Positions 13,913-27,084 of a stretch of DNA of 64,000 nt are shown here, in pieces (position 1 is the stretch's first letter; each line of letters starts with the position of its first letter). The notes beneath the pieces are model-generated. The model saw only the letters and a program-made list of their open reading frames with translations. It ran no database searches and was not told the origin of the DNA. The stretch lies in assembly GCF_006345805.1 (NCBI RefSeq), contig NC_043008.1, positions 69,626,001 through 69,690,000 on the forward strand. Direction: 5' to 3'. Source of the stretch: Octopus sinensis. Lineage: Eukaryota. A program made the translations under genes and the position numbers.

Positions 13913-14664
13913 GACATCGCAGCTGTAAACTCACACACAGCAAACGTTCCAAGCAGCATGATACAATTTATTAATTGAAAAGGACATTCTTAAAACCGAT
14001 TAGCAGGATGGTGTTTCGGCTTTAGAACTTCCTGTTTAAATATATGTGATACGAAGAAATAAGTTTCATTAAGTAATTATTATAATACCGTAACAAACCC
14101 TTTTTTTCTGTAATCTCACTTAAAATCTGGCTTTGCTTTGGTATTTCAGTTCACGGAGTTCTAAGAACAAATTAAATACAATTGCAATAATTGTTGCCCC
14201 AAAACTCTGCAGAATCATTTGCACTAAGTGAGGGAGAGGAAACAGGAAAGATTCGGAGAGAATGTCATGACATTGGATTCAGTCAGCTTGTCGCCAAGTT
14301 GACATTTGCCAACCAGAAATCTTGACTAGTTTAGACGAACTCCAATTAGTGACGAGAAAATGTGTGTTCTTGGATGACGAACCACCTTGATTTAGGTTGC
14401 AGGAGGGAAATTAAATTCCATTCAGAACATCACTCACCCATATACAGATATACACACGTTCACATGTACATCCGTATATGTGTGTATTATATGACATGGT
14501 GTTCGTACTCATATGTTCCTTCCACTATTGATAGAATATTTCTAACCACTAGTTTTGAACATTCTCTATGTAATCGTTAACTAAGTTGTAGTCTATTAAT
14601 ATATTCACCTGTCTGTCTGTCTGAATGCATGCTTGTATGTCTGCCCGTCCGTCTGTCTGTCTGT

Positions 14665-14755
<91 letters not shown>

Positions 14756-14866
14756 CCTATCTATCTATCTATCTATCTTCTTGTCTCCCAATCTAACAAT
14801 CTCTCAGTATATACATATATACATATACATAATGTAGATGTATACTATATATTTAATATATATGTA

Positions 14867-14925
<59 letters not shown>

Positions 14926-15307
14926 GTACATATACATATATTCATATATGTATGTGTGTATATATATATATATATATGTATATGTGCATATACATATATT
15001 CATGTATATATATATAATATATACATATATATATGTACATATACATATGTTCATGTATGTATATATATGTATGTGTGTGTGTGTATGTATGCATATATAC
15101 GTATATATACACATAAATATGTGTATATATAGATTAACGTGTAACATGTCTGTATGAAAGACTTAACCTCGAAGGCGCTTACACACAATATGAAAATTTC
15201 TTTCCAAAACGTTTGCGTCATTTTGTTTTTCTTCCCGATTTTCTTTTATATGATTAATATTTTTTTTATTTTAAGAAAATTTTTTTTAAAATATGTCTGC
15301 GTATATA

Positions 15308-16103
15308 TACGAGATGCATTCAAAACGCGTCCGACTTTACTTTTTCCCGCCAAAACTAAAGCCGCATGGGCAAAATCCTTTGGATGAAAGGAGATGCTAT
15401 CCTTCTTGTGCACGCGCGAAAATTTTTGCGCCACTAGGCCACGTCAGTTCCCGGATGTTGGGCCAAGAATACAGACGTGTAGTGTACACTGGATGGATTT
15501 TTCGTTTTCCTCGAACGCATTGAGAAGAAATATAGCACTAAGTTTTTGCCGAAAGTTTGGTGATACACAAATTCAATCTACGCAGAAGATTCAGCAGACT
15601 TTTGGCGATGATTACAAAAGATCAAGGAGTAGTACAACTGCTTCAGACATGCTTGCACATAAGTGGAGAGTGAAATGCTCTCAGGCATGCCGTCCGCAAG
15701 ACGAAACGAGGATCCGATTGAGAAGGTTCGGCGAATAGTTATGGAAGAATGTCGTGTGACAATCTAGAAAAGTGCTCACAAAAGGAGAATAAGCATAGGA
15801 TCAGTGCATTCCAGTTTAACGGAGAATTTCTGCATGGGAAAAGTGTGGGCGAAATTCGTCCCAAATGTGCGGGGACATGGAAATCACTCAGGACATGCAA
15901 ACCATAGGACAGCTGCACTGAAGTAACCACGACTCAAACTTTATAAAGACCATCATCACTGGTGAAGAGACATGGCTTTATGGTTTCTCCTCAATGCACT
16001 CGACCATCTTGCATGAAAACGGAGGAAGGGAGGCATCATCTCCTAATTACGTGGTATTAATTTTGGCGGGAAAAAGTCAGATACTTTTCGAACGTACCTC
16101 GTA
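15308..16103 (+). mobile_element. Internally deleted mariner element with both TIRs and TA target duplication
   Basis: TA-CGAGATGCATTCAAAA...TTTTTCCCGCCAAAA at left and TTTTGGCGGGAAAAA...CGAACGTACCTCG-TA at right. Broken transposase motifs IALSFCRKFGDT, SGMPS..EKVRRIV, KVWAKFVPK, FIKTIITGEETW. Confidence 0.88.
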
Positions 16104-16180
16104 TATATGTGTAAATATGAGTATATATATATATAGTGTGTGTGTGCGTGTGTGTGTGTGTCTGTGTGTAAACATAAACG

Positions 16181-16236
<56 letters not shown>

Positions 16237-16477
16237 CATATGTAATGTATATTTTTGTATATACAAATATATATACACACAGACATATATATATATGCAT
16301 TGAGGCACACATGTGTGAGTGGTGTGTGTTTGTATAAGTGTATGTGTGTATTTGTCAATAAATTAAAGTACACGTCATGTACTGGTTGGAGGGTATAGAC
16401 TAACCTCCTCACCTTAATGTTGTTGGCCTTGTGTCAAAAATTGAAACTATTATTATTAATAATATTATTATCATTAT

Positions 16478-16670
16478 TTAGCAGAATCGTTGGCACGGCT
16501 AGCAAAGTGCTTAGCGGTATTTCGCCCGTCTCGACGTCCTGAGTTCAAATCCGCCGAGGTCGACTTTGCTTTTCAACCTTTCAGGGTCGATAAATTAAGC
16601 ACCAGTGAAACACTGTGGTCGATATAATCGACTAGTCCCCACCCCACAAGTTGTGCCTCCAATAGAAAAG

Positions 16671-16747
<77 letters not shown>

Positions 16748-16990
16748 GTCATTATTCAGCAGAAAAGGGTAGTGGGTTGGATTAGCAGAATCGTTAGAAT
16801 GTCAGGTGAAATACTTTCGTGCTACATATTCCGGTTCTTTAGGATCGAGGTTCAAATTCATCTGAAGTTGTATTTGTCTTTTATCCTTCATAGTCAATAA
16901 AATAAAAAGACTGAATCAAGTGCGGGGGGTCGATGCATCGACTTAACTCCTCGCCATGAAACAATGATGGTCACGTGGCTGAAATCAGAA
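16478..16990 (+). mobile_element. Two SINE family A copies (16478-16668, 16781-16990) separated by (ATT)n
   Basis: GCAGAATCGTT heads, GAGTTCAAATCCGCCGAGGTCGACTTTGC core. Confidence 0.8.
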
Positions 16991-17757
16991 ACAATTATTA
17001 TTAAATATGTACACCCCCAAAATGTTAGTCTTTGCGGTGTAATTAACTGTTTTTTTCCCATTTTTTATTTATGTGGACCATGTGGTTAATAAAGTAATAA
17101 CAAAAACAACACTATTAATAATAATAATAATAATTTTAATAATCAACATCCTCATCAGCATCATCATCGTTGTCATCATCATCATCGTCTTCGTCATCGT
17201 TACCGTCGTTTTGGTTGTAGTCTTTGTCATCGTCATCAACAAAATCATCATCATTATTAATAAATGTATTAATAAACCCAGCTTAGTAAAACCAATTAAT
17301 GCATTCTTAATTATAAACTGAGACATACATTTTATTCTAATGAGTTATTAATGGTCACTAATGAGTTGTCAATATGTTGCGGTGTTCTTTGATGTTGTTG
17401 TTGTTGTGAGGTTATCGATAGTGGCTCGATAATTTGGTTAAGCAAAGCATGATAACAAAATAAAATAAAATAGCACAAAATAACATAAAATAAACTAACA
17501 AAATTCCTGGTTAATATATAAATCGTTTATGATTTTCTCCAATGTTCATATGTAGATTTATAAATAAGCGCCTGGAGTGAATGATGATTATGCGCGCACA
17601 CATATGCACACGCATATATATGTACACACATACACGCACACACAAGTATACATACGTACATATACACACACTTTTCCAGCCATTGTCACAGGGTACTTGT
17701 AATCAGAACCAGCCTGGATCCAATATCGTGAAGTTCAATGTATGTACATTGCAATAT

Positions 17758-17890
17758 ACATAGGTTGCTCCTAAATCATATGGTTCCGGGTTCAGTCCTA
17801 TTACGTGGTACCTAGGGCATGTGTCTTCCACTATAGCTTGTGAGTGGGTTTGGTGCACCGAAACTGAAAGAAGCCCTTCGTGTATGTATG

Positions 17891-17924
<34 letters not shown>

Positions 17925-17934
17925 TGTTTGTATG

Positions 17935-17966
<32 letters not shown>

Positions 17967-18290
17967 CATATATGCATGTATGTATGCATGTATGTATGTG
18001 TATGTATGTATATATGTACGTATGTGCGTATGCATGTGAATATGTATGTATAGGTATATCTATATGTGTGTGTTTGTGTCTGTGTTAGTTCACCACAACC
18101 GCTAAAGCGGTGTTGATTTGTTTACGTTCTGTAACTTTAGCGGTTCGAGAAAAGAGACGATAGAATAAATAGGAGGCATGAAGAGATTAAGTAGTCAGTC
18201 GATTCGTTCCACTAAAACCTCCAAGATGTTGCCCCCGTATGGCCTCAGCCCGATGACTTAAAGGAATACAAGATAAAAGAAAAAGATAAA
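17758..18290 (+). mobile_element. SINE family B with ~200-bp internal (TATG)n
   Basis: TGGTTCCGGGTTCAGTCC head, GAAACTGAAAGAAGCCC, AGCGGTTCG, GATAAAAGA tail. Confidence 0.82.
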
Positions 18291-18299
18291 ATGTAACAG

Positions 18300-19715
18300 C
18301 GTCCTTCTCAGCGTGGTAGAAATGACAGACACCCATTAGTGTGATCGTTAACACCATTGTTGAGAATACGCTGGATATAAGCTCTTTCCTCGTAGAAAAG
18401 CTTCTATATTAGTGTAAAACGAGAGAGAACTATTAGCAAGTCTCGTAACATCTCTACGAATGAGCCGAATATTTCTCCAATATCTAATGAAGTATGCTAC
18501 AAGAAACTTGGGATGGATGGAAATCTATCTTGTGATGGGACTTGTAACAGATAACATGTAAGCAGTGAATATATTAAAATGTATGTCTCTCAGAAACATT
18601 GGACTCCCATGTGCCTGCTATACCAGAATTCATACCAACATTTAGGCTAATCGATGGGATACTAAGTGAGAACCGGACTATTGATGATAAAACACGAGAA
18701 CTATTAAGCAACACCAAAAACCTCTGTATGTAGGCCACCAACAGAGAAGTCGAAAACAGGGATGCAGAGATATGACAATTGATTCAAGCAGCATTGGTAT
18801 GTTGCTTCATCAACATCCAGTAACCACCAAGACTTGAAAATTATCCATGGATCAAGACAATATGTATAATGTTGATAGAACCAAGAGAGGCACAAAGGAG
18901 ATCCTCGGAAGCTTTTCTTTGACTGATGACCAATGATATACATCCAGAACAATAGCACATTCCTACCGTAACAAAAAACATCGGAAAATTGCTCTTTGTT
19001 TACCAGTAAAAGACCTTGCGTCGTTTTGTTGCCAAAATGTTTCACATGACATTATAGTAAATAACCAAAAAGTCTATCTTGCACCAGAACTTGAAGAACA
19101 GGCTTTGCAACACTAGAAATTTAAAAAATACCTGATTCACAGAAAAGGATAGTGGTACAAATAAAGCACCATGACGTGACAACTGATGCAGATTGTAGAG
19201 AACAAACATCGAAGATGTTAACCGCATCTATCTGAAAATGTCATCACGATTCGGTTAGTTAATGAAGTATATGGTAGTCAAAACTCTGTACAGGGGAATC
19301 TGCAGATTGGATAATCTTAGGGTATCGTCAACTATAATATAAATGAATTTTGGTAGAATATTTCTGTCAAACTGGAAGCATGACAAACCAGGCATAATGA
19401 TCTGAGACAGAAAATGAAGTATGTTCAGTAGTGGAAATCAGTCGTCTTGCAGATGTTAACACAGCATTAAAGATAAAAGAAAAATGTAAACAACTGTGCC
19501 AAAACTAATTAGAACTCCGCAGATACCCCAACTGGGTTATAGCTTTAGATTTAAACTGGTGATTATTGGGGTACTTCGTTACATAACTGAACTGTCTCAG
19601 CAACAATGCTTAGGAGCTGGGTTTCACAAAACCAGAACAGATACGGCTAATTAGAAGATTAGAGCCAGAAACCATTAAAGGCACCGTGAAAATATGTAAA
19701 ACATTTTAGAAGTTT
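18300..19715 (+). mobile_element. Degraded R4/Dong-like (restriction-like endonuclease) non-LTR retrotransposon 3' part
   Basis: Frameshifted C-terminal motifs: zinc-finger region NIEDVNRI..KMSSR, HDKPGIMI, SVVEISRLADVN, ELGFTKPEQIRLIRRL, TIKGTVKICKTF. The 5' boundary is approximate. Confidence 0.7.
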
Positions 19716-19739
19716 AGCCTGTAATAAGTGTATAAACAC

Positions 19740-20081
19740 ATGTGGAGACACACAAACATACGTATGTGTGTGTGCGTGTATATATGTATGTATGTATGTA
19801 TGTATGTAGTATGTATGTATGTATGTATGTATGTATGTATGTATGTATGTATGTATGTATATACGCCCACATACCCTCTCGCACTCACACACATACATAT
19901 ACACACATATACAAACGTATATACATACGTACATCATTACCTAATTGATACTGTCGAAATTCCAATGAAAGGGCCCCGTTTTTGAGACACTTTCGTGATT
20001 GTCAATTTTCAAAAGTAAAATAAGAACACACAGCCATACATATACATTCATATTTACATGCACCCACATACATCTCTTATA

Positions 20082-20121
<40 letters not shown>

Positions 20122-20818
20122 TATAGATAGATAGATAGATAAATAGATAATAGATAGAGAGACAGATAATAAGACAGATAGATAGAAAGAGAGAGAGATA
20201 CATACATACATAGACAGACAGACAAAAGATCACGTGCGCATTCTTATATACTCACGTCCATACCCAAACATGTTGCATCCATCTATCTATCCATCCATCT
20301 ATGCTACATACATATATCCATCTAAACATACAGCTATACATGCTTGAATACATACAAACAAATAGACATACATACATGCATACATACAAACATATATTCA
20401 TACATACATACACCCGTACATACATTCAAACATATATCTACAAACATACATTCAAGCACATCAAAGTATATGAACCAACACACCAATAAACTAAAATGGA
20501 GTTAGTAGGTTAAAATTTCTAGCGAGATGCAGATGCGGTGCTTTTAGTGGTTTTCTGCTGTCTCAGAATAACAGAATAACAGATTAGGGAGTATGTGGTG
20601 CAGGGAAGCCGTAGAGTAAAAGTTTATATATTGCGTGTTTATATGTTTTGAATGGCAGCACGGCGATAATTAACCACATAACAAAGACTTAAAAACCATT
20701 AGCGTTTACCTACCGAATTTTTTTCAACTTTCTGTGTGCAAATTTGTCTATGAGTTTGTCTATGAATTGTGTATTTATGCGTGTGGGTGCGAGTATGAGT
20801 GTACGTGCATACATACAT

Positions 20819-20914
<96 letters not shown>

Positions 20915-21270
20915 GTGTGCATATATATATATATATATGTGCATATATATATATATGTATGTATCTGTGTACGTATGTACGTATGGGCGGTTGTAATAGA
21001 TAGATAGATACATACATACATACATATATACATACATACACACGTACATGCATATGTATATAGATATATGTATACACACACATATATGAATACATATACA
21101 TATACAAATGTACAGATGTATGTACATATATATATATATATATATGTCTATGTGAGTGTGTACGTGCATATATGCCTGCTATGTATGTATGTATGTAGTA
21201 TGTATGTATGTATGTATGTATGTATGTATGTATGTATGTATGTATGTACGTGCGTATGTATGTACCCTCT
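19740..21270. repeat. Large compound microsatellite field (TATG, TA, GATA, CA)
   Basis: Direct reading. Confidence 0.9.
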
Positions 21271-21888
21271 CTCAGTCCGTTTTCCCAGCCCCCGACACGC
21301 TCGTTAAAAAGTTTCCGCCAACTCCGACACCACAGGTAGATTACCTTTAGTGATACTTTTATCATTAAACTCGTCATTTCAAAGTCATTTCTACTTTTAC
21401 AACAACTCACAAGGCGTCTACTTTTTCCATCTCTTCCTTTTCTTCTAGTTCTTGTAGTTGCTGCTAATGATTTTGTGGCTGTTCTTGTAGCTGTTGTTGT
21501 TTCCGCTTGTTTTAAAAAGTAACAACAACCAGTTTACTGCTCGCAGTGGGGAGTAAGTACTCTTAGACAGACTCTTGCTGGTTTCTCCTCATAAACTAAT
21601 CATCATAGACAGAAGAATAAGTCAAAACTCTTTTAGAAAGATAACTGACGTTCGAGAATGGTGGAGAAGAAAATGAGGGTCAGGTAAGGTGGCAGGAATT
21701 CTTTTTTTAACCCGTTGTCTCTTTTGTCTTCATTTAGTAGTTTTGGAATTTTTAGATAAAATTTTATTTAAAAAAATAAAAGGAGATAACTAAGGAACAA
21801 ACGATTATCTTCTGAACTTCGTTAGCTTACGACTGTTTCTACTATAATCTGTGGTGGACACATAGTTGAGTGCCTGAGTAACACTTGT

Positions 21889-22106
21889 AAGCGGCGAGCT
21901 GGCAGACTCGTTAGCACGCCGGGCGAAATGCGTAGCCTTATTTCGTCTGCTGTTACGTTCTGAGTTCAAATTCCGCCGAGGTCGACTTTGTTTTTCATGC
22001 TTTCGGGGTCGATAAATTAAGTACCAGTTACGCCCTGGGGTCGATGTAATCGACATAATCCGTTTGTCCCCTCTGTGTTTAGCCCCTTGTGGGCAGTAGT
22101 GAAATA
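21889..22106 (+). mobile_element. SINE family A, near full length
   Basis: High similarity to 55277-55504. Confidence 0.9.
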
Positions 22107-22264
22107 CTTATAAGCTTCATCGGAGCTGCAAATATGTACATTGCAACCAAGTATATTGGATTCTTATTTAATTAATCATAAATAGATGATCATCCTCTAA
22201 TTACAACCAATCAAAAATCAGTGTGCAATGTACTACTACTAATGAGTCAACAGGGCTCTCTACA

Positions 22265-22880
22265 ACAGCGTCTCTCAGCCATTTTTTGTTCGTTTATGGA
22301 CCTCTGATTAATATATTATTCTGGTAGACCCCCATATGCATTCGATCTTTAAAAGCTAGTTATATCGATACCTCTTTCAAAATTTCTATTTTGTTTATGA
22401 CACGTTAGCTTATGTGGACTGAACTATATAAAACATTTGAGAAAGAAAACTAGCCGTTTCATGCAATAAATACATCTAAATTTTCATGTACCCTTAAAAT
22501 ACTACAGGCTACACCAGGGATTCTCAACCATTTTTCTTTTTTATCTATGGGCCCCTTTGATTACTATTTTATTCTGGTGGACCACCATAGCCATTCGATG
22601 TTTAAAAACTAGTTTTCTAAATATCTCTTTCAAAATTCTTATTTTATTTTTCACATGCGAACATATGCACATTTGCAATAGTACTCACCGAAAGAACATG
22701 TTTCAGTGTATCCGAAAATGTGTCTCTAAAATAAGTGACATACCAAGTGACGTCTACTTTATTTAGTGAGATTGGTAGAGACAAAACAGTTCTGTACTTC
22801 AGTACTATGTAAATTGTTAGAGAAAGAAATGTTACTGTTACTTGCAATAAATACATCTTTAAATTTTTTCATGGACACTA
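22265..22880 (+). mobile_element. Two adjacent related copies of a hAT-like non-autonomous DNA element (22265-22500, 22515-22880)
   Basis: Both start CAG(G/C)G.TTCTCA.CCATTTTT..TATGG.CC and share ..TTCTGGT.GACC.CCAT..CATTCGAT, GAGAAAGAAA..TGCAATAAATACATCT. The superfamily is inferred from the CAGGG start only. Confidence 0.5.
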
Positions 22881-23279
22881 CTGGCTCTATTTCTCCGGAC
22901 GAGTTGCTAATGTCAATGTAACACAATCATCGAGTTTCTAATCCAGAAGACGTAGGTTTCAGCGCTACAAGAAATAAAGTGATTGTTATGTGTCAATGAA
23001 GGAGCGTCTACGTGTTCATTCGTCCAATAAGAAATGATAGCTAGATCTCCCTCAAACTGTACTGGGTAGTCTTAGATAATGGCGACTTAGATGTAGTGTG
23101 TCTGCATCAAGAGGAAATGGTCATATCGGAAGTATCTTCGAGCATAGATCTGCTCATTGGAAACTAAGCTAAACTACTACATGGACATATGTGTTATAAC
23201 TCTGAACATAGGTCTTATCGATTTATAACCAGCCTTGGCTTAAAGAACAAATTGCTCTATCGTCCCTTATTTTTGCACA

Positions 23280-23290
23280 AGACTGAAGAG

Positions 23291-23322
<32 letters not shown>

Positions 23323-23900
23323 GGTGATAGAGGTAATAAATCGCATTAGTGTTTGTGGTCGAGACATCATTGGGAGTTTTAGCAGCGTGGTAAGAACATT
23401 GATAAGAACATTGGAGTTAGTACTGGAGGTGATGGTGGTGGTGGTAGTGGTGGTGATGGTAGCGTTGTTGGTGCTGGTACTGGTGCTGGTGTCGGTGGTA
23501 GTGTTGGTGTTATTTCCAATACTGGTGATGACGATTGTGGTTGTAGGTGGTGGTAGCAATGGTGGTGATGATGGCGGTGCTGCTGCTGGTGATGGTGGTG
23601 GTAGCGTTAATGTAAGCGTTTGTAAAGATGAAGTACGGTCGGCATTAATGTTATGAAAGAGCAGCAACAGGTTTGTTTATTAGATATATACAGGGTGAAC
23701 GCACCTTTAATGGAAGGTCTTAAACGGGTGGACAACGTAAAAACCAAAATACATCCATATAATCCTATACAATAGGATTCACTCGAACGGTTATCGATTA
23801 CCATTACCATAATTATTATTATAACAATTATTATTATCAGTATTATTATTATTGTTGTTGTAGTTGTTGTTGTTGCTGTTGTTGTTATTAGTATCATTTT
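23280..23900. repeat. Degenerate (GGT)n/(TTG)n/(TTA)n low-complexity tract
   Basis: Direct reading. Confidence 0.85.
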
Positions 23901-24561
23901 TTATTATTGTTATTCATCCATTTTTATGATTGTTCTGTTTTTTTTTTCTTTTTTTGTCTTTTTTTGTTCGGCATACTGATGTTCCTTCTGTTGGTACCAA
24001 TTATGGGAATGCACAGAATTCGCAAGTGCTGTATTGAAAGTGGAACTATTTTGGAAATGTTGGCATCAGAGATATCAATCTCGCTAGCCCTTCACTCCCT
24101 CCTCCTGAACCGCCCACCACCCCCATCTCTCCTCCTCATGCTCCTCATGATCCTCCTCCTCCCTCCGTATTCCTTTGAAATCGGTTTTAAATGTGTCCCG
24201 TTTACTTGTATTCTGCCAACAGATTCACAAAAGAAATCAAGAAAAAACATGAAACAATGCAAGAATATCAACATAAATCAAAACCGAAGCAAAACTCCCT
24301 CAACAACATATATAACATATAATGCATGCACACACACACACACACACACATATGTAGAAGAAGTAACAGAATGACTCAAGGTCCGAGGGTTTCGTGCGTG
24401 TGTTGGCACTTATGAAACTAGTCACAGATTGAAGGCCTGAGTTTATATAGTTGTTACTTCTGATAAATATACATATACTCATATCTTGAGTTCTACCTTT
24501 TCGTGTTTGCCGCAGTCAAATAACTAAAACAAGTAAAAACAATAGAAAGAAAAAAGAATAA

Positions 24562-24619
<58 letters not shown>

Positions 24620-24700
24620 CAATAGAAACATAAAATCAGTGTGATAAGAGCATCAGCAACATTATATGACATCGGTGAGAATACAAAAGCAGCCACAACT

Positions 24701-24765
<65 letters not shown>

Positions 24766-25012
24766 TGTGGTGGTGGTGATGCAAGGAAAACACGGATATA
24801 TCAAGAAACGGTTAAAGGTAATGTATGTCTGTATATGTGTATATATATATATATATATGTGTGTATGTGTAAATTATACGTAATGCGTATGTTTATGTGT
24901 ATATTATATATATAGGTGTAATATATGTATATTTGTTTATGCGCGTGTATATACTTATACTACATACACATATATGTATGTGTATGTGTGAATGCGGACA
25001 TATATGCTTTTA

Positions 25013-25043
<31 letters not shown>

Positions 25044-25568
25044 GTATATCACTCTGATTCTTCGTACACTTTTGACTAATTGGAAAGTGCTAATATCCTC
25101 GAATGGGGATATTTCTTCCTTTTTATATTTTTCTAACTTCTCCTGTCCAATGACGGAATACCTAGTTTATGGAATCCTTTAAGGTATACTTTAAGGATTC
25201 CACATGCTTCGCTATTCTAGAAACAGCTGTTAAAGATTCTATCTGTTTATATTCTCTATCTAAATTAAATGACAAAAAAATAAAGAGAAAATAGAAAGCT
25301 TCCGAAAATGCGGAAATTACCAGTTATGTAGGTTCCATTAAAGGTTTTATAAAACTTTTTGCATTGCTATAAGCTTACTATTTTAACTATTTTAACCTTC
25401 TTCGATATTATAACGCTTCAAGCGAACTACAACACTCTTAATTTAAATTGGGTTTTTTCTTGTAGTGATACCGAATATTTTTCCTTTTACATTTTTCATT
25501 CTAATTTGTGTATGCCTGAGTATAAATCAAATACCAGTGAAATACTAGAGTCAATCAGATCAACTGCA

Positions 25569-25682
25569 CTCTGAAGGCAAAGTCGACCTCAGCAGCATTT
25601 GAACTCAGAACGTAGCAACGGGCGAAATGCCGCTAAGCATTTCGTCCAGTGTACTAACGATTCTGCCAACTCGCAGCCTTAA
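25569..25682 (-). mobile_element. SINE family A 5' half
   Basis: GGCAAAGTCGACCTCAGCAGCATTTGAACTCAGAACGTAGC...CTGCCAACTCGC. Confidence 0.85.
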
Positions 25683-25772
25683 GAAAATGTCGAAGGCTGA
25701 ACCGTAGAACTCGAACTCACTTTTTCTACAAGCATGTCAGGCGTTCTACTATTGTGCCAAAGCAATCCTTCT

Positions 25773-25848
<76 letters not shown>

Positions 25849-25855
25849 CAACAAA

Positions 25856-26238
25856 ACATCAATGATTTCATTTATTTGCCACATGGGTGAAGGATGAGGG
25901 GGACAATACAGAGGCAGGCATAAAGTGTGGGGGTTTACATATAATACACTGGAAAAGAAGGGACATATGCATAGCATACAAAGGTAAACAAAAAGGTGGG
26001 AAGGATGATAGAGATGTGGCCTTCCTGATACAGGAACGCCTCAAGAGATAATCGAGGAACCCCACTGTCCGAGATTTCCCTAAAACCCTAGGAGCAAGTG
26101 CCCTCTTCAATTCCTTCTCTCCGACTCACAGGTCTACACTTAGAGAGGTACCATCCACTCTTGCTATTTTTGCAACTTTCACCCATCTTTCAATAAGTTC
26201 ACTCGAGGATAGCACTTCCCTCTCCACTCTGTTTCCTT
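25856..26238 (-). mobile_element. 3' end of an L1/Tx1-like LINE (ORF2 C-terminus, 3' UTR, AATAAA, (TTA)n tail)
   Basis: Minus frame NRVEREVLSSSELIERWVKVAKIARVDGTSLSVDL*, T-rich UTR, AATAAA, microsatellite tail. Clade assignment is from memory. Confidence 0.5.
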
Positions 26239-26269
26239 AATAATAATAAATGTGCCTAATTTAAGACAC

Positions 26270-26950
26270 AAGGCCAACAACCCACAGAGTAGAGGGACAG
26301 TCGGTACCATCGACGCCAATACTTGGCTGGTACAATACTTTACCCGGCTCGGATAGATGAAATCCAAAGTTGGTCCCGGCAAGTATTGATCTCTGAACGA
26401 AAAGGTCAGAAGTAATTCTGCTTGGCATTTTGTTCGACGTTCTAACAATTATTCTAACCCACAAATGATAATCCTTTCTATGTCGGTACAAGGCCTGAAA
26501 GCTTGAGGAAGGAGGTTAGTTGATTTCATCGACTCCAGTATTTAAATGGTATTTTATTTTATCGACCCCGGAATGGTGAAAAGCAAAGTCGACTTCGGCG
26601 AAAGTTGAACTCAGAAAATAACGATACAGGAGAAATACTGCTAAACATTTTATCTGGCAATTGTGGTAGCCCGCTGCTTTCAAAAAAAAAAAAAGAAAAA
26701 AAAAAGAAAAAAGCAAAGGCACAGCATGGGACATTTTAAGGAAGTCGATTTCGTTTAGACCGACCTTCCTGCTTTTGATCGATAGTTTTTACCAATTTTG
26801 GTACTGTAAAATTTGAACTGACGCATTTGTGCTCAAATCCTGGAGAATTCAGTTTTTCCTTTCATCCTTTTGAGATCGATAAAAATAAAGTAGCAGTTAA
26901 ATACCAATTGATGTTGATGCCTCAAGAATTGCTTGCATTGTGCCAAAATT
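26270..26950. mobile_element. Cluster of three SINE family A copies (26270-26460 -, 26500-26680 -, 26800-26950 +)
   Basis: Core and tail motifs recognisable in each. Confidence 0.7.
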
Positions 26951-27008
26951 TGAAACTTTTGCTGCTACGATAGCAACAGCTACAACAACAACAAAAACAA
27001 CAACAAAA

Positions 27009-27051
<43 letters not shown>

Positions 27052-27052
27052 T

Positions 27053-27084
<32 letters not shown>

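Noticed and set aside
23907-24374. 155-aa ORF
   Set aside because: Built from T-rich and CCT low-complexity tracts, with no domain.
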